A DNA stretch of 46,199 nucleotides from Candidatus Daviesbacteria bacterium (GCA_016183265.1 JACPEX010000027.1:1-46199); one strand, 5' to 3'. Positions 8,298-17,362 are shown, counted from the stretch's first letter. Notes: generated from the sequence alone by a model not told the origin. Translations and numbers: made by a program.

Positions 8298-9032
8298 ATG
8301 AAGTTTTCTATTATTACTTTGTTTCCGGAAGTTTTTGAGCCCATCTTAAATTCATCGATCTTAAAACGCGCCCAAAAAAAAGGCTTGGTAGAATTTGAGC
8401 TCATAAATCTCCGTGATTTCGGGGAAGGCAAACATCAAGTAGTTGATGACCGTCCTTATGGCGGTGGAGCGGGAATGGTTTTTAAAGCTGATGTTTTAGC
8501 AAAAGCATTAAAAAGTGTCTACAGTCTACAGTCTACCGCAAAAAGCAGTAGTCGGCTCGCCTCGCGAAGCGGGAAGTCTGTAGTCGGTAGTCAAATTGTC
8601 TTGATGTCTGCTTCCGGAACCCCATACAAACAGGCAGAAGCCCGAGAGTTATCTAAATTAAGTCATATCATTATTATTTGCGGACATTATGAAGGGGTGG
8701 ACCAAAGATTTATAGACAAATATGTTTCGGAGGAAATTTCAATCGGGGATTATGTTTTAACCGGCGGAGAAATCCCGGCCATGGTAATAGTTGATTCAAT
8801 TACCAGATTAATTCCCAGAGTTTTAGAGAAACCGGAAGCAACTCAAGAAGAATCTTTTTCCCAAGGGCTTTTGGAATATCCGCAATATACCAGGCCTGAG
8901 GAATTTGAGGGAGAAAAAGTACCAGGGGTTCTACTATCCGGAAATCATGCCGAAATAAAAAAATGGCGGTCTGAAAAATCTTTAGAAAAAACCAAAAAAG
9001 TAAGACCTAACCTACTCAATCAAAAGGATTAG
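8298..9032 (+). CDS. trmD: tRNA (guanine37-N1)-methyltransferase TrmD, with a repeat-derived ~16-20 aa insertion
   Basis: 244 aa. VDDRPYGGGAGMV, CGHYEGVDQR, IGDYVLTGGEIPAMV and LLSGNHAEIKKWR all match TrmD. The extra SVYSLQSTAKSSSRLASRSGKSVVGSQ lies in the interdomain linker. Confidence 0.9.
   Translation: MKFSIITLFPEVFEPILNSSILKRAQKKGLVEFELINLRDFGEGKHQVVDDRPYGGGAGMVFKADVLAKALKSVYSLQSTAKSSSRLASRSGKSVVGSQIVLMSASGTPYKQAEARELSKLSHIIIICGHYEGVDQRFIDKYVSEEISIGDYVLTGGEIPAMVIVDSITRLIPRVLEKPEATQEESFSQGLLEYPQYTRPEEFEGEKVPGVLLSGNHAEIKKWRSEKSLEKTKKVRPNLLNQKD
8517..8592. repeat. composite repeat inside trmD: ctacagt heptamer arms enclosing a GC-rich 20-mer
   Basis: gtctacagtctacagtctacc ... GGCTCGCCTCGCGAAGCGGG (8554-8573) ... 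agtctgtagtcggtagtc. The arms are imperfect inverted 7-mers (Kgtagwc). Confidence 0.6.
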
Positions 9033-9717
9033 ATCTGCCACGGGAGGAAGACGATTGCGGCTGCTCGGGGGCTTGCGGAACTGAGCTACCCTCTGCCAAT
9101 TTTGCCAGTAATTCCTCATCTTCCCGGGAAATCTCTGGCAAAGGAGAATCCGCTGTACCAAAATTTGAGGGCGCCGAGGAATACAACACTCCTAAAATTA
9201 AGGCGGCATCGATTTCTTGACCGCTTTGACGGGAAGAAATATCAATACTGTTTATCCTAATTAACCTGGGTGAATCTTCCAAATTATTTAACAAAATCGG
9301 GAACATCCTTTTTGCTCCCTTAATCTCCACTTTTAATTCGTAGCTATCAGAACCGCCTACTTTACCGCCGCTATTACCTAGAGAAATTGCACTGACACTA
9401 AATCCTGATTTTAGAATCTCGTTTTGCAATAAACCAAAAATATTACCAATATCCTTTTCTGCAGGTAAGGATATTAGAGTTAACTCCACTTTTTGTGATA
9501 AATCCTCCTGGTCAAAACCCTCTAAAGCAGTAACTTTAGTTTCTAAAAAATTCGCTTTGTTACTGAAATTTTCCGCTAGTTTGTGATCCGTTATTAATTT
9601 AAACGTCTGCGGGTAGATAGCAAAAACAATTAAAAATATGCTGGATAATGCCACAATAAACGGGAAAATATACAATTTAAAATCCGAGTAAAATTTGATA
9701 ATCGTCTCTTTCTTCAT
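9016..9717 (-). CDS. pilO: type IV pilus assembly protein PilO-like
   Basis: 233 aa: one N-terminal TM, a coiled-coil segment, then an alpha/beta domain. It lies directly after pilM-pilN with overlapping junctions. Confidence 0.55.
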   Translation of the reverse strand: MKKETIIKFYSDFKLYIFPFIVALSSIFLIVFAIYPQTFKLITDHKLAENFSNKANFLETKVTALEGFDQEDLSQKVELTLISLPAEKDIGNIFGLLQNEILKSGFSVSAISLGNSGGKVGGSDSYELKVEIKGAKRMFPILLNNLEDSPRLIRINSIDISSRQSGQEIDAALILGVLYSSAPSNFGTADSPLPEISREDEELLAKLAEGSSVPQAPEQPQSSSSRGRSNPFD

Positions 9718-10205
9718 TGTTTTTTTGGTTTAATTTTAAAGCCTACTCGATAAGCTCCGTCCCTTCCCCGATTGAGGCTTTCTATCGAGATCTCTTCAAT
9801 CTTACCCTCATTGCTCTCCTTCCCGGTAAGACTGTTTATTAAAAGATCTAAACTCACAGAGTCAGGTATCAAAGCTGAAAAAACTACCTCGCCGCTTTTG
9901 TCCACAGTAATTGCATTTGTTATCACAGATTCCGGGATTAATTTCTCAATTAATTGATAAATAGAGGATTGTTTTGACGGTACCCCAAAATACTCCTTAA
10001 TTGTGGTTAATCTATTCTTTAAAAGAAAGAGGGAAGCTTGAGTATTTTTTAGACCGGAAACTTTTTCTTCTGCTTTAGTTAATTTCACCTGTGACAAAAC
10101 AATATTATTGCTTTGTAAAATCCGCAGGGCTAGCGTTAGAGAGGTTAAAAAAACCAGCAGAAGAATTACAGTAACAGGAGGCAATAAATTAATCGAGATT
10201 TTCAT
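9714..10205 (-). CDS. pilN: type IV pilus assembly protein PilN-like
   Basis: 163 aa. N-terminal INLLP motif followed by a single TM. The start overlaps the pilM stop (TAATG). Confidence 0.6.
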   Translation of the reverse strand: MKISINLLPPVTVILLLVFLTSLTLALRILQSNNIVLSQVKLTKAEEKVSGLKNTQASLFLLKNRLTTIKEYFGVPSKQSSIYQLIEKLIPESVITNAITVDKSGEVVFSALIPDSVSLDLLINSLTGKESNEGKIEEISIESLNRGRDGAYRVGFKIKPKKQ

Positions 10206-11242
10206 TATTCTTCCCTTAATGCAAGTCCAACTGCCACTGAATAAGAAGAAGCATCTTGGGCGAGTTTTGGCACCATCGCCTTATCTTTAATAATTGAATA
10301 CCAGGGATCCGCCTCTTGAACCTCCAACCCCAAAATATTTGCCAAATAAACAACTAATCCCGGCATCTTGGCTCCGCCGCCGGATAAGACTACTCGTTTA
10401 ACAGGATATGCAGGGTATTTTGCATCAAAAGCCTGAATTACCCTTTTGCCCTCACTGGCAATAATATCCACTATCGGCTTTAAGGTTTCGAAAACTTTAC
10501 CTTCTAACTGGTCTTGGGCAAGTCCGTAAATCTTTTTGTATTGCTCTGCCTGATTTACCTCAAAATTAAAATGTTGGGCTAAAGCCCGGGTTAATGCCAT
10601 ACCACCGGTTGAAATTGAACGGGTCAGCCAAATTAGCCCTTTGGATACAGCGGCAAAATCAGTAGTGGTTGCGCCAAGTTGTACGATTAAAGTACTGGGT
10701 GAAAAAAGATTGCTACCAACCAAAGATCTGGTAACAGCGATTATTTCTGTCTCCAAGGCCCTGGGGCGAAAACCGGCCATACTCAAAACCTTAATATATT
10801 TGGCAACCGCATTTTTAGGCGAAGCAATCACTAATACTATTGTTTTGGCATTTTTGCTTTTCCCGTCAGCTCTAATTAAAACTTGCCAATTCAAATTGAC
10901 ATCAGCTAAAGACATAGGGATAAATTCCTCAGCAGCATAATGAATTGCTGATGATAATTCGCTATCTGTCAGATATGGCAAGTCATCAATGACCCTGGTA
11001 AACACTCTTGATTCCGGCAAAGCCGCCACTACATCTTTGCTGTCAACTTTAGTTGCCGCAAACAACCTTTTTAGGGCGTTTGCTAAAGCCTCTAAGTCAT
11101 TAATATTGTCGGAAACTATTCCGGGTTGAGGAGAGGGGATCGAACCGAGTGTTAATAGCTTATATTGATCTTTATCCTTTAATAAAAAAACTACTTTAAT
11201 AGAAGAAAAACCAATATCTAAACCAACCGATATTTTGGACAT
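10205..11242 (-). CDS. pilM: type IV pilus assembly ATPase-fold protein PilM
   Basis: Actin/FtsA-like fold: VGLDIGFSSIKVV, ...GATTTDFA..., VLSGGGAKMPGL. The ORF track starts at GTG 11260. ATG at 11242 (MSKISVGLDIG) is preceded by TACAAT + 7 nt and is my preferred start. Confidence 0.8.
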   Translation of the reverse strand: MSKISVGLDIGFSSIKVVFLLKDKDQYKLLTLGSIPSPQPGIVSDNINDLEALANALKRLFAATKVDSKDVVAALPESRVFTRVIDDLPYLTDSELSSAIHYAAEEFIPMSLADVNLNWQVLIRADGKSKNAKTIVLVIASPKNAVAKYIKVLSMAGFRPRALETEIIAVTRSLVGSNLFSPSTLIVQLGATTTDFAAVSKGLIWLTRSISTGGMALTRALAQHFNFEVNQAEQYKKIYGLAQDQLEGKVFETLKPIVDIIASEGKRVIQAFDAKYPAYPVKRVVLSGGGAKMPGLVVYLANILGLEVQEADPWYSIIKDKAMVPKLAQDASSYSVAVGLALREE

Positions 11243-11282
11243 TATATCTATTGTAACCACATTTAGGATTACTAGTCTAGAG

Positions 11283-11406
11283 CTTAATAAATTTTAAATT
11301 TTAAATTTTTAATTTTTATTCAATTTTTAATAATTAAATTTTTAATATTTTAAACATTAATACATTTAAATTTGATTTAAAATTTCAAATTAGAAATTAA
11401 AAATTA
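11283..11406. repeat. AT-only heptamer-periodic tract (aaatttt / aaattag units) between pilM and the downstream large pilus gene
   Basis: aaattttaaattttaaatttttaatttttattcaattttt ... atttaaatttgatttaaaatttcaaattagaaattaaaaatta. Its last 19 nt are identical to 2692-2710. Confidence 0.55.
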
Positions 11407-13185
11407 TTTTACTTGGTATGTTCCTTTAACCAAAGAAAATGACCCTGAGGGGCCATAGGTAAACATGGTGCTTGACAAACCAGTCTCATAATTTATGGTG
11501 GAATTGTTTATTAACTTGATTTTCCAGGCAGTCAATTCTTTAAAAGAATTGCCTGTTCCGGGCTCGATAATACCGGTACTGGCATAGTAGACTCCGGTAT
11601 TGCCATTACTGTTTACTTTTATTGCCGACTCCCCATTAAGTCTGGAATCATAGCTGGTCAACACCATCAGCAAACTGCTGCCTACACCGGTCCCGTCTAA
11701 GTGGTTATTGCTATTTAACTCCACCTTGCCGTCTACCATAATTACCCCTGAGGTAACCCCAAAACCGGAATCAAGTGTCAAAATATTATTGCTGTTTAAT
11801 GTTAAATTGCCGGTAATCCAGACCGGGCTTTTGACAGTTACCCGGCAACCGCTGCCGAATGAAACATTGCCGGTAATCTTTTTGGCATCAAGCGTACCAA
11901 CGCAGCCGTTGACATCGCCTGTGACAATGCCGCCTGCCTGGGCAGCCTGCTTCCAGGCAGCTATATTGGCATCAGAGACGGGAAAAACTTTGGGCGGCGG
12001 ATCGGGAGATCCGGGATGAGCGGCTCCGGCAACAGTTGAGCTTATAATCTGCTGATAGTAAGCATTCCGGTTAATGATTAAATTCTCAATAGTATTGGCA
12101 TAGACATTACCTCCTACAGTCATTTTATTAGCGCCGGCCCTGATTGAAGTGGGGGCCCCTCCCAAATATGATTTAAAGCTCAAATCAGCCGGTGGGGTGG
12201 GCAAGTTCCACTGTGCGCTGCCAACCGACCAGTTAGGAGACCATTTGGGTAAACCCCTTGAATAACTCTGAGCCAAATCAGATTGCCAGGACCAAAAATT
12301 GTTATTATCCTCTGATGTATCAATCATCAACCAGTAAGTATAATCTTTTGAAACTGTAGGTGAGGAGTTAAAAGTCACATCAATCCAGCCATACTGGGAA
12401 GTGACTAAACTGCTAAATAAAGTGCCCTGTGTTAACACGGCAGTTTTATCAGGCTTGCCATCCTTATCCTGTAACACTCTAACTATGGCATCCGGCGGGT
12501 TGCCGCTCTTTTTTATCTTTATAGAAACTTTATTTAATACACCGCTGCTTACGGGCTGAAAGCTTTGGGCCACATCAAACCGATTCTCGCCATTAATATT
12601 TTTACCAAAATAAAAATCCTGGCAATTACTGTCTGCGCAATCTGTTTGCTGGTCAGCAGTTGCTTGAGGACCGCCTGCAACCCAGGCATCTCCACTAATG
12701 CTATTGCCGTTTCCGGCTGTAATATTACCGTTTGAGTAAATTGATCCTTCTACCGCATTACCATTACCCAACTCTAAACCGCCTTCTCCTACCTGTAATC
12801 CATAAACAAAAGACACGCCGGCTCCGTTTGATGCTGTAATGGAAATAGTCCTTTTAACCTTTGGGTTTGCCTGATTTGGTAAAAACCCGGTTGACTGAAT
12901 AATCCTGGTGCCGGGATTTTGTGAGGTAATAGTCACAGAATATGACCCGTCTCCCAAGACAGTCTCGGATTCTCCGTTATAACTGCCGCCTGTCTCATTT
13001 AAAAAAACTAAAGCTTTATCTATTCCTGCCTCTGCCAGAGCTGTTGCTTTTTCGGCATTTGCCGAATACAAAGCATTCTGGAAATAAATCTGCGCCCCGG
13101 AAATTACAAAAAGCACCGTAAAAAGCACTACCCCTAAAGCAATAAAAACCAAAACCAAAATCTGTCCCGATTCTTTTTTAATCAT
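11404..13185 (-). CDS. large pilus-associated protein: PilX-like N-terminal anchor plus Gly/Asn-rich beta-helix-like repeats (candidate tip/adhesin subunit)
   Basis: 593 aa. N-terminus GQILVLVFIALGVVLFTVLFV...ALAEAGIDKAL resembles the PilX N-terminal domain. Repeats include GNGNAVEGSIYSNGNITAGNGNSISGDAWV and ITGNVSFGSGCRVTVKSPVWITGNLTLNSNN. It is the last of the pseudopilin gene run. Confidence 0.5.
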   Translation of the reverse strand: MIKKESGQILVLVFIALGVVLFTVLFVISGAQIYFQNALYSANAEKATALAEAGIDKALVFLNETGGSYNGESETVLGDGSYSVTITSQNPGTRIIQSTGFLPNQANPKVKRTISITASNGAGVSFVYGLQVGEGGLELGNGNAVEGSIYSNGNITAGNGNSISGDAWVAGGPQATADQQTDCADSNCQDFYFGKNINGENRFDVAQSFQPVSSGVLNKVSIKIKKSGNPPDAIVRVLQDKDGKPDKTAVLTQGTLFSSLVTSQYGWIDVTFNSSPTVSKDYTYWLMIDTSEDNNNFWSWQSDLAQSYSRGLPKWSPNWSVGSAQWNLPTPPADLSFKSYLGGAPTSIRAGANKMTVGGNVYANTIENLIINRNAYYQQIISSTVAGAAHPGSPDPPPKVFPVSDANIAAWKQAAQAGGIVTGDVNGCVGTLDAKKITGNVSFGSGCRVTVKSPVWITGNLTLNSNNILTLDSGFGVTSGVIMVDGKVELNSNNHLDGTGVGSSLLMVLTSYDSRLNGESAIKVNSNGNTGVYYASTGIIEPGTGNSFKELTAWKIKLINNSTINYETGLSSTMFTYGPSGSFSLVKGTYQVK

Positions 13186-13753
13186 TTCTCAAACTTGCCT
13201 CCGAGGTGGCCGTGCTGGTTTCAGAATCAGCGCCAAACTGTTGTTTCAAAACCAAAGTAGTCCTGACTTTAGTGGCGCTTGGCGGAATTACTTCAACCGG
13301 AGGAGTAGCAGAATTAAAATATTGGAAATTTATATTATCAACTGAGGAGGAAAAAACCCGATCCTGGGCCTTCCTGGAACTTAAAGAATCCGGAAGAATT
13401 TTAAATTTTAAGAAGTGTTGATCTAGGGAGAAAACAAAGTAATCAAAGGTATTATCAATAATATTACCGGAAGTATCTATTGAAGATACTCTTAAAACAA
13501 GCTGGTTGGCGCTGCTGGTATCCGCTATGCCGGTTGCCTGCTTAATACTGCTCCTGATTTCTGATAAAGCATCATTCATATTCAGGCCTTCCTGGACTTT
13601 TGAGGATTGTTTAGAAAATAAACCAACGCTATTGACAATAATTACCAACAGTAAAACTCCGGCAACTGTGGCAATCCCCACGGCAATTAAAACCTCTATT
13701 AAAGTCAATCCATAATTTCTTACACTTTGCACTCTGCACTTTGCACTTTTCAC
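13178..13753 (-). CDS. prepilin-type minor pilin
   Basis: 191 aa. Leader MKSAKCRVQSVRNYG then LTLIEVLIAVGIATVAG (class III signal, Glu at +5). The GTG start overlaps the upstream stop (GTGA). Confidence 0.7.
   Translation of the reverse strand: MKSAKCRVQSVRNYGLTLIEVLIAVGIATVAGVLLLVIIVNSVGLFSKQSSKVQEGLNMNDALSEIRSSIKQATGIADTSSANQLVLRVSSIDTSGNIIDNTFDYFVFSLDQHFLKFKILPDSLSSRKAQDRVFSSSVDNINFQYFNSATPPVEVIPPSATKVRTTLVLKQQFGADSETSTATSEASLRND
13723..13753. repeat. heptamer tandem (cactttg cactctg cactttg cactttt) encoding a prepilin leader peptide
   Basis: Four imperfect 7-mers on the plus strand. On the minus strand they translate as KSAKCRVQS of the leader. Confidence 0.6.
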
Positions 13754-14145
13754 TGATTTATCCCTTCTTCTCCGATCAAAGTATTTAAATTTATATTTTG
13801 CGCTTTGTTGTTATCTACCCAGGAAACTGTAACCGTCACCTGTTTAATGGGCTCATCATTTGCACAAATAGCAGCCGGACAATCTTCCACAACTACTGTA
13901 CCAACGCCTTGAGGCAATAAGCTAAGGCGGGAATCAGAAATTGCACTATTGTCATTAACTAAATTAGAATAGTTTATATTTCTTTTATCCTCTATCTGCT
14001 TAACAGCTATTTCCCGTGCCAAACTGACATGCCGGGCTTTACTAATTAGCATCAAGGCATTTGGGATATTGGCCAGCAAGAAAACTATTGATCCTATTAT
14101 TACCACAACTAATAGGGATTCAATGAGCGAAACGCCTTTTTCCAT
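13750..14145 (-). CDS. prepilin-type minor pilin
   Basis: 131 aa. MEKG then VSLIESLLVVVIIGSIVF. Confidence 0.7.
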   Translation of the reverse strand: MEKGVSLIESLLVVVIIGSIVFLLANIPNALMLISKARHVSLAREIAVKQIEDKRNINYSNLVNDNSAISDSRLSLLPQGVGTVVVEDCPAAICANDEPIKQVTVTVSWVDNNKAQNINLNTLIGEEGINQ

Positions 14146-15048
14146 TTATTTGCTAATTTCTCCGGCAGAGAAAATGGCATAGTCAAAATAAGGGGGAACA
14201 ACTTTGAATATCTGAAACAATCTGACTTTTCTTTGTGTTTGCCCTGAAGTCCCTGTAGACTCTAAAATTCTTGCCTGCGGGGTAACAGAACAATCCCGAC
14301 CACACGAATTAACTGCCTGCACAGCAAAAGGTTGGGATGTAGTATTATACAGAAGCCTTGCCCGAAGCAACATCAATCTTGCGTTAGTATCTGTAAGCGA
14401 AAAGTTCAGAATCTTTTTGCATTGATAAGCATTTGCTCCCAGTGCATTTCCTGAACAAGCCGTAACTTTCTCGAATTTATTATCTGGTGATCTTGTAACA
14501 TTATGGTCAAGATACCATTTCTTACTTCTATACTTATTTGTATTAGGATTAACAGGGTCTCCTGAATCCTGCCCGTAATAGATTAATGTCAATTCCAATG
14601 CAGCCTGATCTGTAGCAGAATTACCCCAATAAACATCCAACGTCGACTGTTTGTACCCTTGTGCCGGAGGATTATTCGTATCATTTAAATTGGCAATGAG
14701 CCAAACATGGGCAACCTCTTCTTTAGTTAAAAGAGGATACTCTAATGGATCCTGGCGGGTATTATCAGTTTTAATGGTTGGTAACCAATCATTAGTGCCG
14801 GTAACTATTGCAGTTGCTTGATTATCAAAACTAACACTCCCCGTGCCCCCGCTTAATTTATTCTCTATCCCTGCTTCAGCAGCAGAAAAAGCACGGGAGG
14901 ATTGTTCAACTTTAGTAGAGGTGGAAATATCAGAAAGTGACCGCTGCACCACTGAAATCCCGATTGCCAAAGCCACAGTCATTACCAAAACTAATATTAG
15001 TACAATTTGGCCCGCCTGCCGGACGGGCAGGCCCTTCTCGTCCTTCAT
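14146..15048 (-). CDS. PilX-N-domain minor pilin-like protein
   Basis: 300 aa. GQIVLILVLVMTVALAIGISVVQRS...AFSAAEAGIE resembles the PilX N-terminal domain. Confidence 0.6.
   Translation of the reverse strand: MKDEKGLPVRQAGQIVLILVLVMTVALAIGISVVQRSLSDISTSTKVEQSSRAFSAAEAGIENKLSGGTGSVSFDNQATAIVTGTNDWLPTIKTDNTRQDPLEYPLLTKEEVAHVWLIANLNDTNNPPAQGYKQSTLDVYWGNSATDQAALELTLIYYGQDSGDPVNPNTNKYRSKKWYLDHNVTRSPDNKFEKVTACSGNALGANAYQCKKILNFSLTDTNARLMLLRARLLYNTTSQPFAVQAVNSCGRDCSVTPQARILESTGTSGQTQRKVRLFQIFKVVPPYFDYAIFSAGEISK
15009..15034. repeat. GC-rich hairpin inside a leader-peptide coding region
   Basis: ggcccGCCTGCCggacgGGCAGGCcc is a 7-bp GC stem in otherwise AT-rich DNA. It encodes GLPVRQAG of the 14146..15048 leader. 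Confidence 0.5.
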
Positions 15049-15052
15049 ATAA

Positions 15053-15724
15053 TTATCTTAACCCAATTGTGGTCTGAAATGTAACTGGATCAATTTGACT
15101 GGTAATTGCAGAAGAAGCACTAACCCCCGGTTTTAAATTAAACTTAATTGTAACTTGATCCTTGGCTCCCGCGGGTTTATCTCTGGTAAAGACTGGCGGG
15201 GGGTTTATACTGCAATCAGACGCAGGACATTCCACTGAAACCCCTGACTGTTCATTAGTATCAGTCAAGACAGTAGGATTAACCATTGGATCGGTACAAA
15301 CGCTGTTAATAAATGATTGGATATCTGTCGGAGCAGGGGTAGGTGAATTTTGGGCACAAGGAGTAGACGGATCCGGTTGTGGGTTATCTTGTTGAATTTG
15401 ACCATTTTGAGTTGGACTTGGAACTATAAATTTGTATCTGGTATAACAGCCGTTTTTTACGATCACCAAAGTATTGGAAGGATTTCCTAGTGTTGGACAT
15501 ATTACATTATCCGAATTTCTAACATTTTTATCCATAGTCTCCAAAACTGCCTGGCCGTTTTGTTTGATCACAGCCAATATTTGTGATTTATTGCTGCCTC
15601 TTAAAGTATTAGTAAAAATCACCACCAATATTGCCCCCACAATAGAAGTAATCGCCATTACTACCAGTATTTCAGCCAAGGTAAATGCACTAGAATTTTT
15701 ATTAAAGCCTGATTCTTGATTCAT
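15053..15724 (-). CDS. prepilin-type minor pilin
   Basis: 223 aa. Leader MNQESGFNKNSSA then FTLAEILVVMAITSIVGAIL. The first codons (aatcaagaatca) are a partial copy of the ttcttga/gaatcaa heptamer family. Confidence 0.7.
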   Translation of the reverse strand: MNQESGFNKNSSAFTLAEILVVMAITSIVGAILVVIFTNTLRGSNKSQILAVIKQNGQAVLETMDKNVRNSDNVICPTLGNPSNTLVIVKNGCYTRYKFIVPSPTQNGQIQQDNPQPDPSTPCAQNSPTPAPTDIQSFINSVCTDPMVNPTVLTDTNEQSGVSVECPASDCSINPPPVFTRDKPAGAKDQVTIKFNLKPGVSASSAITSQIDPVTFQTTIGLR

Positions 15725-15729
15725 AATTC

Positions 15730-16353
15730 TTACAGCTTTCTTAGTATTGTTGTCAATTTTGATTCATGGTCCCCGGCAAAGTCTGTCCAGGTCACTATGA
15801 CTGTAACTTTTTTTTGGGTAGTATAGCTAGTAGAATCATCAGATAAAATAACTACCCGTTTAAAATTAGGCGGTATTAATTGTGAACCATTTACAGGAAA
15901 AGACGATCCATTTATAAAATAATTCAAGACCCCCGTATCTGCGATATTAAAATAACAATTGGGGTTCAGTTGATTACTACAAGCAGAATTTATTTGATAA
16001 GTCCAGATAGATCCGGTACCAACACAACTAGTATCGCTGCTATTACCATTCCATGAATTTACATTTGTTAATCCAGTAATACATTCATTCCTATCCCTGC
16101 CAGCCCTGACCCTTTCTATTCCTTCCTGGGCCAACTTTGTAGCCTGGGCGCTGTTTTTGGCAAAGCTGGCATTCCTTAAAGAGAAAATAGTGGCAAAAGT
16201 CAAAGCTGTCACCACCAAAATCCCGACCGCCGCAGCTACAATAACTTCTATTAAAGACTGCCCCTGTTCAGAATTAAGAATTAAGCGGTAAGAATTAAGC
16301 TTAAAAAGCTTCATTCTTGATTCTTGATTCTTAATTCTCATATTATTGCGCAT
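15730..16353 (-). CDS. prepilin-type minor pilin with an unusually long, repeat-encoded leader
   Basis: The mature part starts at QSLIEVIVAAAVGILVV after ...NSEQG. The ORF track starts at 16374. ATG at 16353 follows a strong SD (AAGGAGGGAGG) and is my preferred start. Alternative starts are 16341 and 16314. Confidence 0.65.
   Translation of the reverse strand: MRNNMRIKNQESRMKLFKLNSYRLILNSEQGQSLIEVIVAAAVGILVVTALTFATIFSLRNASFAKNSAQATKLAQEGIERVRAGRDRNECITGLTNVNSWNGNSSDTSCVGTGSIWTYQINSACSNQLNPNCYFNIADTGVLNYFINGSSFPVNGSQLIPPNFKRVVILSDDSTSYTTQKKVTVIVTWTDFAGDHESKLTTILRKL
16271..16337. repeat. 31-bp imperfect heptamer-periodic hairpin (gaattaa / ttcttga units) within the leader-peptide coding region
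   Basis: gaattaagaattaagcggtaagaattaagctt aaaa agcttcattcttgattcttgattcttaattc. The arms are complementary with about one mismatch per 7-mer. Confidence 0.7.
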
Positions 16354-16870
16354 AAATCCTCCCTCCTTGTTCAACTTTTAAAGATTTTGTATTTGATGTT
16401 TTGTTGTTTATAACAGTAATTGTGACTATGCCTGTACCGCAAGATGCAATCATAGCCCCGGAAAGAGGAGCAAAAGTAACTGTATTGGTAGCACCAAAAG
16501 TACAACTATTAATTCCAGATGTCATAGTGTCAATCGAAATATTTCCAGAAAAGGGCAACTTTTTTAAGGAGCCGGATATAAAGTTCAAACCACCACCAGC
16601 AGGATACATACACATCAAATTTAACTCTGTGCCACTGGTAAATTCCACAAACCAAGTAGCGCCGCCCTGGCCCTGGCATTTTACTCCGGAAGTAGCATTT
16701 GTTTGGGCTTGCCTGAGCAGGCTTTGGATATCCAAAACAGCATTTTTTAATTTCTGGTCTTCCCCAAAAGTACCATAATTTGACAGGACATAAGCCCCTA
16801 TTAAACCTATAATTGCTATCACTACCAATAACTCAACCAATGTAAAGGCATTAAGGACAGTTTTACCCAT
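16343..16870 (-). CDS. prepilin-type pseudopilin
   Basis: MGKTVLNA then FTLVELLVVIAIIGLIG. The ORF track starts at GTG 16885, overlapping the upstream stop. ATG 16870 is preceded by TACAAT + 6 nt. Confidence 0.7.
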   Translation of the reverse strand: MGKTVLNAFTLVELLVVIAIIGLIGAYVLSNYGTFGEDQKLKNAVLDIQSLLRQAQTNATSGVKCQGQGGATWFVEFTSGTELNLMCMYPAGGGLNFISGSLKKLPFSGNISIDTMTSGINSCTFGATNTVTFAPLSGAMIASCGTGIVTITVINNKTSNTKSLKVEQGGRIYAQ

Positions 16871-16884
16871 ATTTCCATTGTACA

Positions 16885-17355
16885 CTACGGGGGGGTAACT
16901 TTAAAATTATAAGTATTATTTCTACAGGTGTAGGAAGGAGCGCCTGAGGGGGAATTATCCAATCTGGCATAAAGTTCTGCTTTAGTAGGCACATAACAAT
17001 AATCCGGCTGCGGTGCAGGTAGAGGATCGTGAGGAATTTGATTCAGATAAGTCTTGTTACCGGCAGGATTCTTTAAGGGACAATCTACCCGTTCAGAATT
17101 GGTTACCCAGTTGTTGAAGTATCCATTTGTACAAGTACGGATACCAGCCTGAGCAGTGATGCCGGGATAAAAACCCTGGTCAGCATAATATTGTTCTAAA
17201 GCTGATTGGATTGAGCGGAGGTCTGACTGCCTTTTACTGTCCCGACCCTGTTTTAGAACAGAACTATAAACCATTAATCCAATAGCCGAAAGGATGGCAA
17301 TAATAGCCACTGTTACCAGAAGTTCAACTAAAGTAAAACCACGGGACTTGAGCAT
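16885..17355 (-). CDS. pilA: type IV pilin (PilA-like; candidate major pilin)
   Basis: MLKSRG then FTLVELLVTVAIIAILSAIGLMVYSSVLKQGRDSKRQSDLRSIQSALEQYY. The ORF track starts at 17364 (MKIM...). ATG 17355 gives a classic 6-aa leader and sits 7 nt after a near-consensus promoter. Confidence 0.8.
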   Translation of the reverse strand: MLKSRGFTLVELLVTVAIIAILSAIGLMVYSSVLKQGRDSKRQSDLRSIQSALEQYYADQGFYPGITAQAGIRTCTNGYFNNWVTNSERVDCPLKNPAGNKTYLNQIPHDPLPAPQPDYCYVPTKAELYARLDNSPSGAPSYTCRNNTYNFKVTPP

Positions 17356-17362
17356 TATTTTC

